DNA of 64,000 nt. It comes from Eledone cirrhosa. Its lineage: Eukaryota. The notes below the pieces were generated by a model. The model had not been told where the DNA came from. It searched no databases and worked only from the letters and a program-made list of their open reading frames with translations. How positions within the stretch are numbered: position 1 is the first letter of the stretch; every line of letters starts with the position of its first letter. The translations under genes and the position numbers were made by a program. Of this stretch, positions 28,161-44,400 are shown in pieces. Location: assembly GCA_964016885.1 (NCBI GenBank), contig OZ024743.1, positions 100,998,001-101,062,000 on the forward strand. The letters are read 5' to 3'.

Positions 28161-31079
28161 TATATCTTCCTCACTCTTTGTATATATTCCCCACTCTTTC
28201 TATATATTCCTCACTCTTTCTATATATTCCCCACTCTTTTTATATATTCCCCACTCTTTCTATATATTCCTGACTCTTTCTATATAATCCCCACTCTTTC
28301 TATATATTCCCCACTCTTTCTATATATTCCTCACTCTTTCTATATATTCTCCACTCTTTCTATAATATATTCCTCACTCTTTCTATATATTCCCCACTCT
28401 TTCTATATATTCCCCACTCTTTCTATATAGTCCCCACTCTTTCTATATATTCCTCACTCTTTCTGTATATTCCTCACTCTTTCTATATATTCCTCACTCT
28501 TTCTCGATATTCCCAACTCTTTCTATATATTCCTCACTCCTTCTATATATTCCTCACTCTTTCTATATATTCCTCACTCTTTCTATATATTCCCCACTCT
28601 TTCTATATATTCCTCACTCTTTCTATATATTCTCCACTCTTTCTATATATTCCTCACTCTTTCTATATATTCCTCACTCTTTCTATATATTACCCACTCT
28701 TTCTATATATTCGTCACTCTTTCTATATATTCCCCACTCTTTCTATATATTCCCCACTCTTTCTATATATTCCTCACTCTTTCTATATATTCCTCACTCT
28801 TTCTATATATTGCCCACTCTTTCTATATATTCCTCACTCTTTCTATGTATTTCCCACTCTTTCTATATATTTCCCACTCTTTCTATATATTCCCCACTCT
28901 TTCTATATATTCATCACTCTTTCTATAATATATCCCCAACACTTTCTGTATATTCCCCACTCTTTCTATATATTCCTCACTCTTTCTATATATTCCTCAC
29001 TCTTTCTATATATTTCCCACTCTTTCTATAATATCTTCCCCACTCTTTCTATATATTCCCCACTCTTTCTATATAGCCCTCACTCTTTCTATATATTCCT
29101 CACTCTTTCTATATATTCCCCACTCTTTCTATATATTCCTCACTCTTTCTATATATTCCCCACTCTTTCTATATATTCCCCACTCTTTCTATATATTCCT
29201 CACTCTTTCTATATATTCGTCACTCTTTCTATATATTCCCCACTCTTTCTATATATTCCTCACTCTTTCTATATATTCCTCACTCTTTCTATATATTTCC
29301 CACTCTTTCTATAATATCTTCCCCACTCTTTCTATATATTCCCCACTCTTTCTATATTGCCCTCACTCTTTCTATATATTCCTCACTCTTTCTATATATT
29401 CCCCACTCTTTCTATATATTCCCCACTCTTTCTATATATTCCTCACTCTTTCTATATACTCGCCACTCTTTCTATATATTCCTCACTCTTTCTATATCTT
29501 CCTTACTCTTTCAATATATTCCCTACTCTTTCTATATATTCCTCACTCTTTCTATAATATATTCCCCACACGTTCTATATATTCCCCACTCTTTCTATAT
29601 ATTTCCCACTCTTTCTATATATTCCTCACTCTTTCTATAATATATTCTCCACGCTTTCTATATATTCCCCACTCTTTCTATATATTCCTCACTCTTTCTA
29701 TATATTCCTCACTTTTTCTATATATTCCCCACTCTTTCTATAATATGTTACCCTCTCTTTCTATATATTTCCCACTCTTTCTATATATTCCTCACTCTTT
29801 CTATATATTCCTCACTCTTTCTATATATTCACCTTTCTTTCTATATATTCCCAACTCTTTCTATATATTCCTCACTCTTTCTATATATTCCCCACTCTTT
29901 CTATATATTCATCACTCTTTCTATTTATTCCTCACTCTTTCTATATATTCCTCACTCTTTCTATATATTCCCCACTCTTTCTATATATTCATCACTCTTT
30001 CTATATATTCCTCACTTTTTCTATATATTCCCCACTCTTTCTATAATATGTTACCCTCTCTTTCTATATATTTCCCACTCTTTCTATATATTCCTCACTC
30101 TTTCTATATATTCGCCACTCTTTCTATATATTCCTCACTCTTTCTATATCTTCCTTACTCTTTCAATATATTCCCTACTCTTTCTATATATTCCTCACTC
30201 TTTCTATAATATATTCCCCACTCGTTCTATATATTCCCCACTCTTTCTATATATTCCCCACTCTTTCTATATATTCCTCACTCTTTCTATAATATATGCT
30301 CCACGCTTTCTATATATTCCCCACTCTTTCTATATATTCCCAACTCTTTCTATATATTCCTCACTCTTTCTATATATTCCCCACTCATTCTATATATTCC
30401 TCACTCTTTCTATATATTCCTCACTTTTTCTATATATTCCCCACTCTTTCTATAATATATTCCTCACTCTTTCTATATATTTCCCACTCCTTCTATATAT
30501 TCCCCACTCTTTCTATATATTCCCCACTCTTTCTATATATTCCTCACTCTTTCTATAATATATTCCCCAGTCTTTCTATATATTCCTCACTCTTTCTATA
30601 TCTAACCTCACTCTTTCTATATATTCCCCACTCTTCGTATATATTCCCCACACTTTCTATATATTCACCACTCTTTCTATATATTCCCCACTCTTTCTAT
30701 ATATTCCCCACTTTTTCTATATATTCCCCACTCTTTCTATATATTCCCCACTCTTTCTATAATATGTTCCCCACTCTTTCTATATATTCCCCACTCTTTC
30801 TATATATTCCCCACTCTTTCTATATATTCCCCACTCTTTCTATATATTCCTCACTCTTTCTATATATTCCCCACTCTTTCTATATATTCCTCACTATTTC
30901 TATATATTCCTCACTCTTTCTATATATTCCCCACTCTTTCTATATATTCCTCACTCTTTCTATATATTCCCCACTCTTTCTATATATTCCTCACTATTTC
31001 TATATATTCCTCACTCTTTCTATTTATTCCCCACTCTTTTTATATATTGCCCACTCTTTCTATATATTCCCTACTCTTT

Positions 31080-33680
31080 CTATATATTCGCCACTCTTTC
31101 TATATATTCCCCACTCTTTCTATATATTCCCCACTCTTTCTGTATATTCCCCACTCTTTCTATAATATGTTCCACACTCTCTCTTTCTATATATTCCCCA
31201 CTCTTTCTATATATTCCTCACTCTTTCTATATATTCCTCACTCTTTCTGTATATTCCTCACTCTTTCTATATATTCCCCACTCTTTCTATATATTCCTCA
31301 CTCTTGCTATATATTCCTTACACTTGCTATATATTTCTCACTCTTTCTATAATATCTTCCCCACTCTTTCTATATATTCCTCACCATTTCTATATATTCC
31401 TCACTCTTCTTATATATTCCCCACTCTTTCTACATATTCCCCACTCTTTCTATATATTTCCCACTCTTTCTATAATATGTTACCCACTCTTTCTCTATAT
31501 CCCCACTCTTTCTATATATTCCCTACTCTTTCTATATATTCCCCACTTCTTCTATATATTCCCCACTCTTTCTATATATTCCCCACACTTTCTATATATT
31601 CCTCACTCTTTCTATATATTCCTCACTTTTTCTATATATTCTTCACTCTTTCTATATATTCCCCACTCTTTCTATATATTCCTCACTCTTTCTATATATT
31701 CCCCACTCTTTCTATAATATATTCCTCACTCTTTCTATAATATATTCCCCACTCTTTCTATATATTCGCCACTCCTTCTATATATTCCCCACTCTTTCTA
31801 TATATTTCCCACTCTTTCTATAATATGTTCCACACGCTTTCTATATATTCCCCACTCTTTCTATATATTCCCCTATCTTACTATATATTCCCCACTCTTT
31901 CTATAATATATTCCCCAGTCTTTCTATATATTCCTCACTCTTTCTATATCTAACCTCACTCTTTCTATATATTCCCCACTCTTCGTAAATATTCCCCACT
32001 CTTTCTATATATTCCCCACTCTTTCTATATATTCCCCACTCTTTCTATAATATGTTCCCCACTCTTTCTATATATTCCCCACTCTTTCTATATATTCCCC
32101 ACTCTTTCTATATATTCCCCACTCTTTCTATATATTCCTCACTCTTTCTATATATTCCCCACTCTTTCTATATATTCCTCACTATTTCTATATATTCCTC
32201 ACTCTTTCTATATATTCACCACTCTTTCTATATATTCCTCACTCTTTTTATATATTCCTCACTCTTTCTATATATTCCCCACTCTTTCTATATATTCCTC
32301 ACTCTTTCTATATATTCCCCACTCTTTCTATATATTCCCCACTCTTTCTATATATTCCTCACTCTTTCTATGTAATCCTCACTCTTTCTATATATTCCCC
32401 ACTCTTTCTATTTATTCCCCACTCTTTTTATATATTGCCCACTATTTCTATATATTCCCTACTCTTTCTATATATTCCCCACTCTTTCTATATATTCCCC
32501 ACTCTTTCTATATATTCCTCACTCTTTCTATATATTCCCCACTCTTTCTATATATTCCTCACTATTTCTATATATTCCTCACTCTTTCTATATATTCACC
32601 ACTCTTTCTATATATTCCTCACTCTTTTTATATATTCCTCACTCTTTCTATATATTCCCCACTCTTTCTATATATTCCCCACTCTTTCTATATATTACCC
32701 ACTCTTTTTATATATTCCCCACCCTTTCTATATATTCCTCACTCTTTCTATATATTCCTCACTTTTTCTATATAATCCTCACTCTTTCTATATATTCCCC
32801 ACTCTTTCTATATATTGCTCACTCTTTCTATATATTCTCCACTCTTTCTATAATATATTCCTCACTCTTTCTATAATATATTCCCCACTCTTTCTATATA
32901 TTCGCCACTCTTTCTATATATTCCCCACTCTTTCTATATATTCCCCACTCTTTCTGTATATTCCCCACTCTTTCTATAATATGTTCCACACTCTCTCTTT
33001 CTATATATTCCCCACTCTTTCTATATATTCCTCACTCTTTCTATATATTCCTCACTCTTTCTGTATATTCCTCACTCTTTCTATATATTCCCCACTCTTT
33101 CTATATATTCCTCACTCTTGCTATATATTCCTTACACTTGCTATATATTTCTCACTCTTTCTATAATATCTTCCCCACTCTTTCTATATATTCCTCACCA
33201 TTTCTATATATTCCTCACTCTTTCTGTATATTCCCCACTCTTTCTACATATTCCCCACTCTTTCTATATATTTCCCACTCTTTCTATAATATGTTACCCA
33301 CTCTTTCTCTATATCCCCACTCTTTCTATATATTCCCTACTCTTTCTATATATTCCCCACTTCTTCTATATATTCCCCACTCTTTCTATATATTCCCCAC
33401 ACTTTCTATATATTCCTCACTCTTTCTATATATTCCTCACTTTTTCTATATATTCTTCACTCTTTCTATATATTCCCCACTCTTTCTATATATTCCTCAC
33501 TCTTTCTATATGTTCCCCAGTCTTTCTATAATATATTCCTCACTCTTTCTATAATATATTCCCCACTCTTTCTATATATTCGCCACTCTTTCTATATATT
33601 CCCCACTCTTTCCATATATTCCCCACTCTTTCTATAATATGTTCCACACGCTTTCTATATATTCCCCACTTTTTCTATAT
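31080..33680. repeat. Direct duplication with 1814-bp offset (~31080-31870 and ~32895-33680)
   Basis: ORF-track pairs 31304/33118 and 31324/33138. Both copies carry the private 24-bp monomer ccacactctctctttctatatatt (31172, 32986). Confidence 0.85.
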
Positions 33681-36600
33681 ATTCCCCTCTCTTTCTATAT
33701 ATTCCCCACTCTTTCTATATATTCCCCACTCTTTCTATATATTCCCCACTCTTTCTATAATATGTTCCCCACTCTTTCTATATATTCCCCACTCTTTCTA
33801 TATATTCCTCACTCTTTCTATAATATATTCCCCACTCTTTTTATATATTCCCCTCTCTGTCTATATATTCCCCACTCTTTCTATATATTCCTCACTCTTT
33901 CTATATATACCTCACTCTTTATATATATTCCTCACTCTTTCTATATATTCACCACTCTTTCTATATATTCCTCACTCTTTCTATAATATATTGCCCACTC
34001 TTTCTATATATTCCTCACTCTTTCCATATATTCCTCACTCTTTCTCTATATTCCCCACTCTTTCTATATATTCCCCACTGTTTCTATATATTCCTCACTC
34101 TTTCTTTAATATATTCCCCACACTTTCTATATATTCCTCATTCTTTCTATATATTCCTCATTCTTTCTATATATTCCTCACACTTTTTATATATTTCCCA
34201 CTCTTTCTATATATTCCCCACTCTTTCTATATATTCCTCACTCTTTCTATATATTCCTCACTCTTTCTATATATTTCTCACTCTTTCTATATATTCCCTA
34301 TTCTTTCTATAATATATTCCCCACTCTTTCTATATATTCCCCACTCTTTTTATATATTCCCCACTCTCTCTATATATTCCTCACTCTTTTTATGATATAT
34401 TCCCCATTCTTTCTACATATTCCCCACTCTTTCTATGTATTCCCCACTCTTTCTATATATTCCTCACTCATTCTATATATTCCCCACTCTTTCTATAAAT
34501 TCCCCACTCTTTCTATATATTCCTCACTCTTTCTATATATTCTCCACTCTTTCTATAATATATTCCTCACTCTTTCTATATATTCCCCACTCTTTCTATA
34601 TATTCCCCACTCTTTCTATATAGTCCCCACTCTTTCTATGTATTCCCCACTCTTTCTATATATTCCTCACTCATTCTATATATTCCCCACTCTTTCTATA
34701 TATTCCCCACTCTTTCTATATATTCCTCACTCTTTCTAGATATTCCCCACTCTTTCTATATATTCATCACTCATTCTATATATTCCTCACTTTTCCTACA
34801 ATATATTCCTCACTCTTTCTATATATTCCTCACTCTTTCTATATATTCCACACTCTTTCTATATATTCCTCACTCTTTGTATATATTCCCCACTCTTTCT
34901 ATATATTCCTCACTCTTTCTATATATTCCCCACTCTTTTTATATATTCCCCACTCTTTCTATATATTCCCGACTCTTTCTATATAATCCCCACTCTTTCT
35001 ATATATTCCCCACTCTTTCTATATATTCCTCACTCTTTCTATATATTATCCACTCTTTCCATAATTTATTCCTCACTCTTTCTATATATTCCCCACTCTT
35101 TCTATATATTGCCCACTCTTTCTATATAGTCCCCACTCTTTCTATATATTCCTCACTCTATCTGTATATTCCTCACTCTTTCTATATATTCCTCACTCTT
35201 TCTCGATATTCCCCACTCTTTCTACATATTCCTCACTCCTTCTATATATTCCTCACTCTTTCTATATATTTCTCACTCTTTCTATATATTCCCCACTGTT
35301 TCTATATATTCCTCACTCTTTCGATATATTCCCCACTCTTTCTATATATTCCTCACTCTTTCTATATATTCCTCACTCTTTCTATATATTCCCCACTCTT
35401 TCTATATATTCGTCACTCTTTCTATATATTCCACACTCTTTCTATATATTCCCCACTCTTTCTATATATTCCTCATTTTTTCTATATATTCCTCACTCTT
35501 TCTATATATTCCCCACTCTTTCTATATATTCCTCACTCTTTCTATGTATTTCCCACTCTTTCTATATATTTCCCACTCTTTCTATATATTCCCCACTCTT
35601 TCTATATATTCATCACTCTTTCTATAATATATCCCCCACCCTTTCTATATATTCCCCACTCTTTCTATATATTCCTCACTCTTTCTATATATTCCTCACT
35701 CTTTCTATATATTTCCCACTCTTTCTATAATATCTTCCCCACTCTTTCTATATATTCCCCACTCTTTCTATATAGCCCTCACTCTTTCTATATATTCCTC
35801 ACTCTTTCTATATATTCCCCACTCTTTCTATATATTCCTCACTCTTTCTATATATTCCCCACTCTTTCTATATATTCCCCACTCTTTCTATATATTCCTC
35901 ACTCTTTCTATATATTCCTCACTCTTTCTATATATTCCCCACTCTTTCTATATATTCCTCACTCTTTCTATATATTCTTCACTTTTTCTATATATTCCCC
36001 ACTCTTTCTATAATATGTTACCCACTCTTTCTATATATTTCCCACTCTTTCTATATATTCCTCACTCTTTCTATATATTCGCCACTCTTTCTATATATTC
36101 CTCACTCTTTCTATATCTTCCTTACTCTTTCAATATATTCCCTACTCTTTCTATATATTCCACACTCTTTCTATAATATATTCCCCACTCGTTCTATATA
36201 TTCCCCACTCTTTCTATATATTCCCCACTCGTTCTATATATTCCCCACTCTTTCTATATATTCCCCACTCTTTCTATATATTCCTCACTCTTTCTATAAT
36301 ATGTTCCCCACTCTTTCTATATATTCCCCACTCTTTCTATATATTCCCCACTCTTTCTATATATTCCTCACTCTTTCTATATATTCCCCACTCTTTCTAT
36401 ATATTCCTCACTATTTCTATATATTCCTCACTCTTTCTATATATTCACCACTCTTTCTATATATTCCTCACACTTTCTATATATTCCCCAATCTTTCTAT
36501 ATATTCCTCACTATTTCTATATATTCCTCACTCTTTCTATATATTCACCACTCTTTCTATATATTCCTCACACTTTCTATATATTTCCCACTCTTTCTAT

Positions 36601-38499
36601 ATATTCCTCACTCTTTTTATATATTCCCCACACTTTCTATATATTCCCCACTCTTTCTATATATTCCTCTCTCTTTCTATATAATCCTCACTCTTTCTAT
36701 ATATTCCCCTCTCTTTCTATTTATTCCCCACTCTTTTTATATATTGCCCACTCTTTCTATATATTCCCTACTCTTTCTATATATTCCCCACTCCTTCTAT
36801 ATATTCCCCACTCTTTCTATCTATTCCCCACTCTTTCTATATATTACCCACTCTTTTTATATATTCCCCACCCTTTCTATATATTCCTCACTCTTTCTAT
36901 ATATTCCTCACTTTTTCTATATATTCCTCACTCTTTCTATATATTCCCCACTCTTTCTATATATTGCTCACTCTTTCTATATATTCTCCACTCTTTCTAT
37001 AATATATTCCTCACTCTTTCTATAATATATTCCCCACTCTTTCTAAATATTCGCCACTCTTTCTATATATTCCCCACTCTTTCTATATATTCCCCACTCT
37101 TTCTATATATTCCCCACTCTTTCTATAATATGTTCCACACTCTTTCTATATATTCCCCACTCTTTCTATATATTCCTCACTCTTTCTATATATTCCTCAC
37201 TCTTTCTATATATTCCTCACTCTTTCTATATATTCCCCACTCTTTCTATATTTTCCTCACTCTTGCTATATATTCCTTACTCTTGTTATATATTTCTCAC
37301 TCTTTCTATAATATCTTCCCCATTCTTTCTATATATTCCCCACTCTTTCTATATATTCCTCACTCTTTCCCGAATATCTTCCCCACTCTTTCTAAATATT
37401 CCTCACCATTTCTATATATTCCCCACTCTTTCTATATATTCCCCACTCTTTCTATATATTCCCAACTCTTTCTATAATATGTTCCCCACTCTTTCTATAT
37501 ATTCCCCACTCTTTCTATATATTCCCCACTCTTTCTATATATTCCTCACTCTTTCTATATATTCCCCACTCTTTCTATATATTCCTCACTATTTCTATAT
37601 ATTCCTCACTCTTTCTATATATTCACCACTCTTTCTATATATTCCTCACTCTTTCTATATATTCCTCACTCTTTCTATATATTCCCCACTCTTTCTATAT
37701 ATTCCTCACTCTTTTTATATATTCCCCACTCTTTCTATATATTCCCCATTCTTTCTATATATTCCTCTCTCTTTCTATATAATCCTCACTCTTTCTATAT
37801 ATTCCCCACTCTTTCTATTTATTCCCCACTCTTTTTATATATTGCCCACTCTTTCTATATATTCCCTACTCTTTCTATATATTCCCCACTCCTTCTATAT
37901 ATTCCCACTCTTTCTATATATTCCCCACTCTTTCTATATATTACCCACTCTTTTTATATATTCCCCACCCTTTCTATATATTCCTCACTCTTTCTATATA
38001 TTCCTCACTTTTTCTATATATTCCTCACTCTTTCTATATATTCCCCACTCTTTCTATATATTGCTCACTCTTTCTATATATTCTCCACTCTTTCTATAAT
38101 ATATTCCTCACTCTTTCTATAATATATTCCCCACTTTTTCTATATATTCGCCACTCTTTCTATATATTCCCCACTCTTTCTATATATTCCCCACTCTTTC
38201 TATAATATGTTCCACACTCTTTCTATATATTCCCCACTCTTTCTATATATTCCTCACTCTTTCTATATATTCCTCACTCTTTCTATATATTCCTCACTCT
38301 TTCTATATGTTCCACACTCTTTCTATATATTCCCCACTCTTTCTATATATTCCTCACTCTTTCTATATATTTCTCACTCTTTCTATAATATCTTCTCCAC
38401 TCTTTCTATATATTCCCCACTCTTTCTATATATTCCTCACTCTTTCTCGAATATCTTCCCCACTCTTTCTAAATATTCCTCACCATTTCTATATATTCC

Positions 38500-41400
38500 T
38501 CACTCTTTTTATATATTCCCCACTCTTTCTATATATTCCCCATTCTTTCTATATATTCCTCTCTCTTTCTATATAATCCTCACTCTTTCTATATATTCCC
38601 CACTCTTTCTATTTATTCCCCACTCTTTTTATATATTGCCCACTCTTTCTATATATTCCGTACTCTTTCTATATATTCCCCACTCCTTCTATATATTCCC
38701 CACTCTTTCTATATATTCCCCACTCTTTCTATATATTACCCACTCTTTTTATATATTCCCCACCCTTTCTATATATTCCTCACTCTTTCTATATATTCCT
38801 CACTTTTTCTATATATTCCTCACTCTTTCTATATATTCCCCACTCTTTCTATATATTGCTCACTCTTTCTATATATTCTCCACTCTTTCTATAATATATT
38901 CCTCACTCTTTCTATAATATATTCCCCACTTTTTCTATATATTCGCCACTCTTTCTATATATTCCCCACTCTTTCTATATATTCCCCACTCTTTCTATAT
39001 ATTCCCCACTCTTTCTATAATATGTTCCACACTCTTTCTATATATTCCCCACTCTTTCTATATATTCCTCACTCTTTCTATATATTCCTCACTCTTTCTA
39101 TATTTTCCTCACTCTTTCTATATATTCCCCACTCTTTCTATATTTTCCTCACTCTTGCTATATATTCCTTACTCTTACTATATATTTCTCACTCTTTCTA
39201 TAATATCTTCCCCACTCTTTCTATATATTCCCCACTCTTTCTATATATTCCTCACTCTTTCTCGAATATCTTCCCCACACTTTCTAAATATTCCTCACCA
39301 TTTCTATATATTCCTCACTCTTTCTATATATTCCCTACTCTTTCTATATATTCCCCACTTCTTCTATATATTCCCCACTCTTTCTATATATTACCCACTC
39401 TTTTTATATATTCCGCACACTTTCTATATATTCCTCACTCTTTCTATATATTCCTCACTTTTTCTATATATTCTTCACTCTTTCTATATATTCCGCACTC
39501 TTTCTATATATTCCTCACTCTTTCTATATATTCCCCACTCTTTCTATAATATATTCCTCACTCTTTCTATAATATATTCCCCACTCTTTCTATATATTCG
39601 CCACTCTTTCTATATATTCCCCACTCTTTCTATATATTCCCCACTCTTTCTATAATATGTTCCACACTCTTTCTATATATTCCCCACTCTTTCTATATAT
39701 TCCTCACTCTTTCTATATATTCCTCACTCTTTCTATATATTCCTCACTCTTTCTATATATTCCCCGCTCTTTCTATATATTCCTCACTCTTTCTATATAT
39801 TCCCCGCTCTTTCTATATATTCCTCACTCTTTCTATATATTCCTCACTGTTGCTATATATTCCTCACGCTTTCTATAATATCTTCCCCACTCTTTCTATA
39901 TATTCCTCACTCTTTCTATATATTCCCCGCTCTTTCTATATATTCCCCACTCTTTCTATATATTCCCCACTCTTTCTATATATTCCTCACTCTTTCTCGA
40001 ATATCTTCCCCACTCTTTCTATATATTCCTCTCTTGTTCTCGAATATCTTCCCCACTCTTTCTATATATTCCTCACTCTTTCTATATATTCCCCGCTCTT
40101 TCTATATATTCCCCACTCTTTCTATATATTCCCCACTCTTTCTATATATTCCTCACTCTTTCTATAATATGTTCCCCACTCTTTCTATATATTCCCCACT
40201 CTTTCTATATATTCCTCACTCTTTCTATACATACCTCACTCTTTATATATATTCCTCACTCTTTCTATATATTCACCACTCTTTCTATATATTCCTAACT
40301 CTTTCTATAATATATTCCCCACTCTTTCTATATATTCCTCACTCTTTCCATATATTCCTCACTCTTTCTCTATATTCCCCACTCTTTCTATATATTCCCC
40401 ACTGTTTCTATATATTCCTCACTCTTTCTTTAATATATTCCCCACACTTTCTATATATTCCTCATTCTTTCTATATATTCCTCATTCTTTCTATATATTC
40501 CTTACACTTTTTATATATTTCCCACTCTTTCTATATATTCCCCACTCTTTCTATATATTCCTCACTCTTTCTATATATTCCTCACTCTTTCTATATATTC
40601 CTCACTCTTTCTATATATTCCCTATACTTTCTATAATATATTCCCCACTCTTTCTATATATTCCCCACTCTTTTTATATATTCCCCACTCTCTCTATATA
40701 TTCCTCACTCTTTCTATAATATATTCCCCATTCTTTCTATATATTCCCCACTCTTTCTATGTATTCCCCACTCTTTCTATATATTCCTCGCTCATTCTAT
40801 ATATTCCCCACTCTTTCTATATATTCCCCACTCTTTCTATATATTCCTCACTCTTTCTAGATATTCGCCACTCTTTCTATATATTCATCACTCATTCTAT
40901 ATATTCCTCACTTTTCCTACAATATTTTCCTCACTCTTTCTATATATTCCCCACTCTTTCTATATCTTCCCCACTCTTTCTATATATTCCTCACTGTTTC
41001 AATATACTCCCCACTCTTTCTATATATTCATCACTCTTTCTCTATCTTCCTCACTCTTTCTATATATTCCTCACTCTTTCTATATATTCCCCACTCTTTC
41101 TATATATTCCTCACTCTTTGTATATATTCCCCACTCTTTCTATATATTCCTCACCCTTTCTATATATTCCCCACTCTTTTTATATATTCCCCACTCTTTC
41201 TATATATTCCCGACTCTTTCTATATAATCCCCACTCTTTCTATATATTCCCCACTCTTTCTATATATTCCTCACTCTTTCTATATATTCTCCACTCTTTC
41301 TATAATATATTCCTCACTCTTTCTATATATTCCCCACTCTTTCTATATATTCCCCACTCTTTCTATATAGTCCCCACTCTTTCTATATATTCCTCACTCT

Positions 41401-44400
41401 TTCTGTATATTCCTCACTCTTTCTATACATTCCTCACTCTTTCTCGATATTCCCCACTCTTTCTATATATTCCTCACTCCTTCTATATATTCCTCACTCT
41501 TTCTATATATTCCTCACTCTTTCTATATATTCCCCACTCTGTCTATATATTCCTCACTCTTTCTATGTATTTCCCACTCTTTCTATATATTTCCCACTCT
41601 TTCTATATATTCCCCACTCTTTCTATATATTCTTCACTCTTTCTATAATATATCCCCCACACTTTCTATATATTCCCCACTCTTTCTATATATTCCTCAC
41701 TCTTTCTATATATTCCTCACTCTTTCTATATATTTCCCACTCTTTCTATAATATTTCCCCCACTCTTTCTATATATTCCCCACTCTTTCTATATAGCCCT
41801 CACTCTTTCTATATATTCCTCACTCTTTCTATATATTCCCCACTCTTTCTATATATTCCTCACTCTTTCTATATATTCCCCACTCTTTCTATATATTCCC
41901 CACTCTTTCTATATATTCCTCACTCTTTCTATATATTCCTCACTCTTTCTATATATTCGCCACTCTTTCTATATATTCCTCACTCTTTCTATATATTCCT
42001 CACTTTTTCTATATATTCCCCACTCTTTATATAATATGTTACCCACTCTTTCTATATATTTCCCACTCTTTCTATATATTCCTCACTCTTTCTATATATT
42101 CGCCACTCTTTCTATATATTCCTCACTCTTTCTATATCTTCCTTACTCTTTCAATATATTCCCTACTCTTTCTATATATTCCTCACTCTTTCTATCATAT
42201 ATTCCCCACTCGTTCTATATATTCCCGACTCTTTCTATATATTCCCCACTCTTTCTATATATTCCTCACTCTTTCTATAATATATTCTCCACGCTTTCTA
42301 TATATTCCCCACTCTTTCTATATATTCCCAACTCTTTCTATATATTCCTCACTCTTTCTATATATTCCCCACTCATTCTATATATTCCTCACTCTTTCTA
42401 TATATTTTTCACTTTTTCTATATATTCCCCACTCTTTCTATAATATATTCCTCACTCTTTCTATATATTCCCCACTCCTTCTATATATTCCCCACTCTTT
42501 CTATATATTCCCCACTCTTTCTATATATTCCGCACTCTTCGTATATATTCCCCACACTTTCTATATATTCCTCACTCTTTCTATATATTCCTCACACTTT
42601 CGATATATTCCTCACTCTTTCTATATATTCCCCACTCTTTCTATATTTTCCTCACTCTTGCTATATATTCCTTACTCTTGCTATATATTACTCACTCTTT
42701 CTATAATATCTTCCCCACTCTTTCTATATATTCCGCACTCTTTCTATATATTCCTCACACTTTCTCGAATATCTTCCCCACTCTTTCTAAATATTCCTCA
42801 CCATTTCTATATATTCCTCACTCTTTCTATATATTCCCTACTCTTTCTATATATTCCCCACTTCTTCTATATATTCCCCACTCTTTCTATATATTACCCA
42901 CTCTTTTTATATATTCCCCACACTTTCTATATATTCCTCACTCTTTCTATATATTCCTCACTTTTTCTATATATTCTTCACTCTTTCTATATATTCCGCA
43001 CTCTTTCTATATATTCCTCACTCTTTCTATATATTCCTCACTCTTTCTATAATATATTCCTCACTCTTTCTATAATATATTCCCCACTCTTTCTATATAT
43101 TCGCCACTCTTTCTATATATTCCCAACTCTTTCTATATATTCCCCACTCTTTCTATAATATGTTCCACACTCTTTCTATATATTCCACACTCTTTCTATA
43201 TATTCCTCACTCTTTCTATATATTCCTCACTCTTTCTATATATTCCTCACTCTTTCTATATATTCCCCGCTCTTTCTATATATTCCTCACTCTTTCTATA
43301 TACTCCTCACTGTTGCTATATATTCCTCACTCTTTCTATATATTCCTCGCTCTTTGTATATATTCCCCACTCTTTCTATATCTTCCCCACTCTTTCTATA
43401 TATTCCTCACTCTTTCTATATATTCCTCACTCTTTCTATATATTCCTCACTCTTTCTATATATTCCCCGCTCTTTCTATATATTCCCCACTCTTTCTATA
43501 TATTCCCCACTCTTTCTATATATTCCCCACTCTTTCTATAATATGTTCCCCACTCTTTCTATATATTCCTCACTCTTTCTATAATATATTCCCCACTCTT
43601 TTTATATATTCCGCTCTCTTTCTATATATTCCCCACTCTTTCTATATATTCCTCACTCTTTCTATACATACCTCACTCTTTATATATATTCCTCAATCTT
43701 TCTATATATTCACCACTCTTTCTATATATTCCTAACTCTTTCTATAATATATTCCCCACTCTTTCTATATATTCCCCACTCTTTCTATATATTCCTCACT
43801 CTTTCTATATATTCCTCACTCTTTCTATATATTCCCCACTCTTTCTATATATTCCTCACTCTTTCTATATATTCTTCACTTTTTCTATATATTCCCCACT
43901 CTTTGTATAATATGTTACCCACTCTTTCTATATATTTCCCACTCTTTCTATATATTCCTCACTCTTTCTATATATTCGCCATTCTTTCTATATATTCCTC
44001 ACTCTTTCTATAATATATTCCCCACTCTTTTTATATATTCCGCTCTCTTTCTATATATTCCCTACTCTTTCTATATATTCCACACTCTTTCTATAATATA
44101 TTCCCCACTCGTTCTATATATTCCCCACTCTTTCTATATAATCCCCACTCTTTCTATATATTCCTCACTCTTTCTATAATATATTCTCCACGCTTTCTAT
44201 ATATTCCCCACTCTTTCTATATATTCCCAACTCTTTCTATATATTCTTCACTCTTTCTATATATTCCCCACTCATTCTATATATTCCTCGCTCTTTCTAT
44301 ATATTCCTCACTCTTTCTATATATTCCCCACTCTTTCTATATTTTCCTCACTCTTGCTATATATTCCTTACTCTTGTCATATATTTCTCACTCTTTCTAT

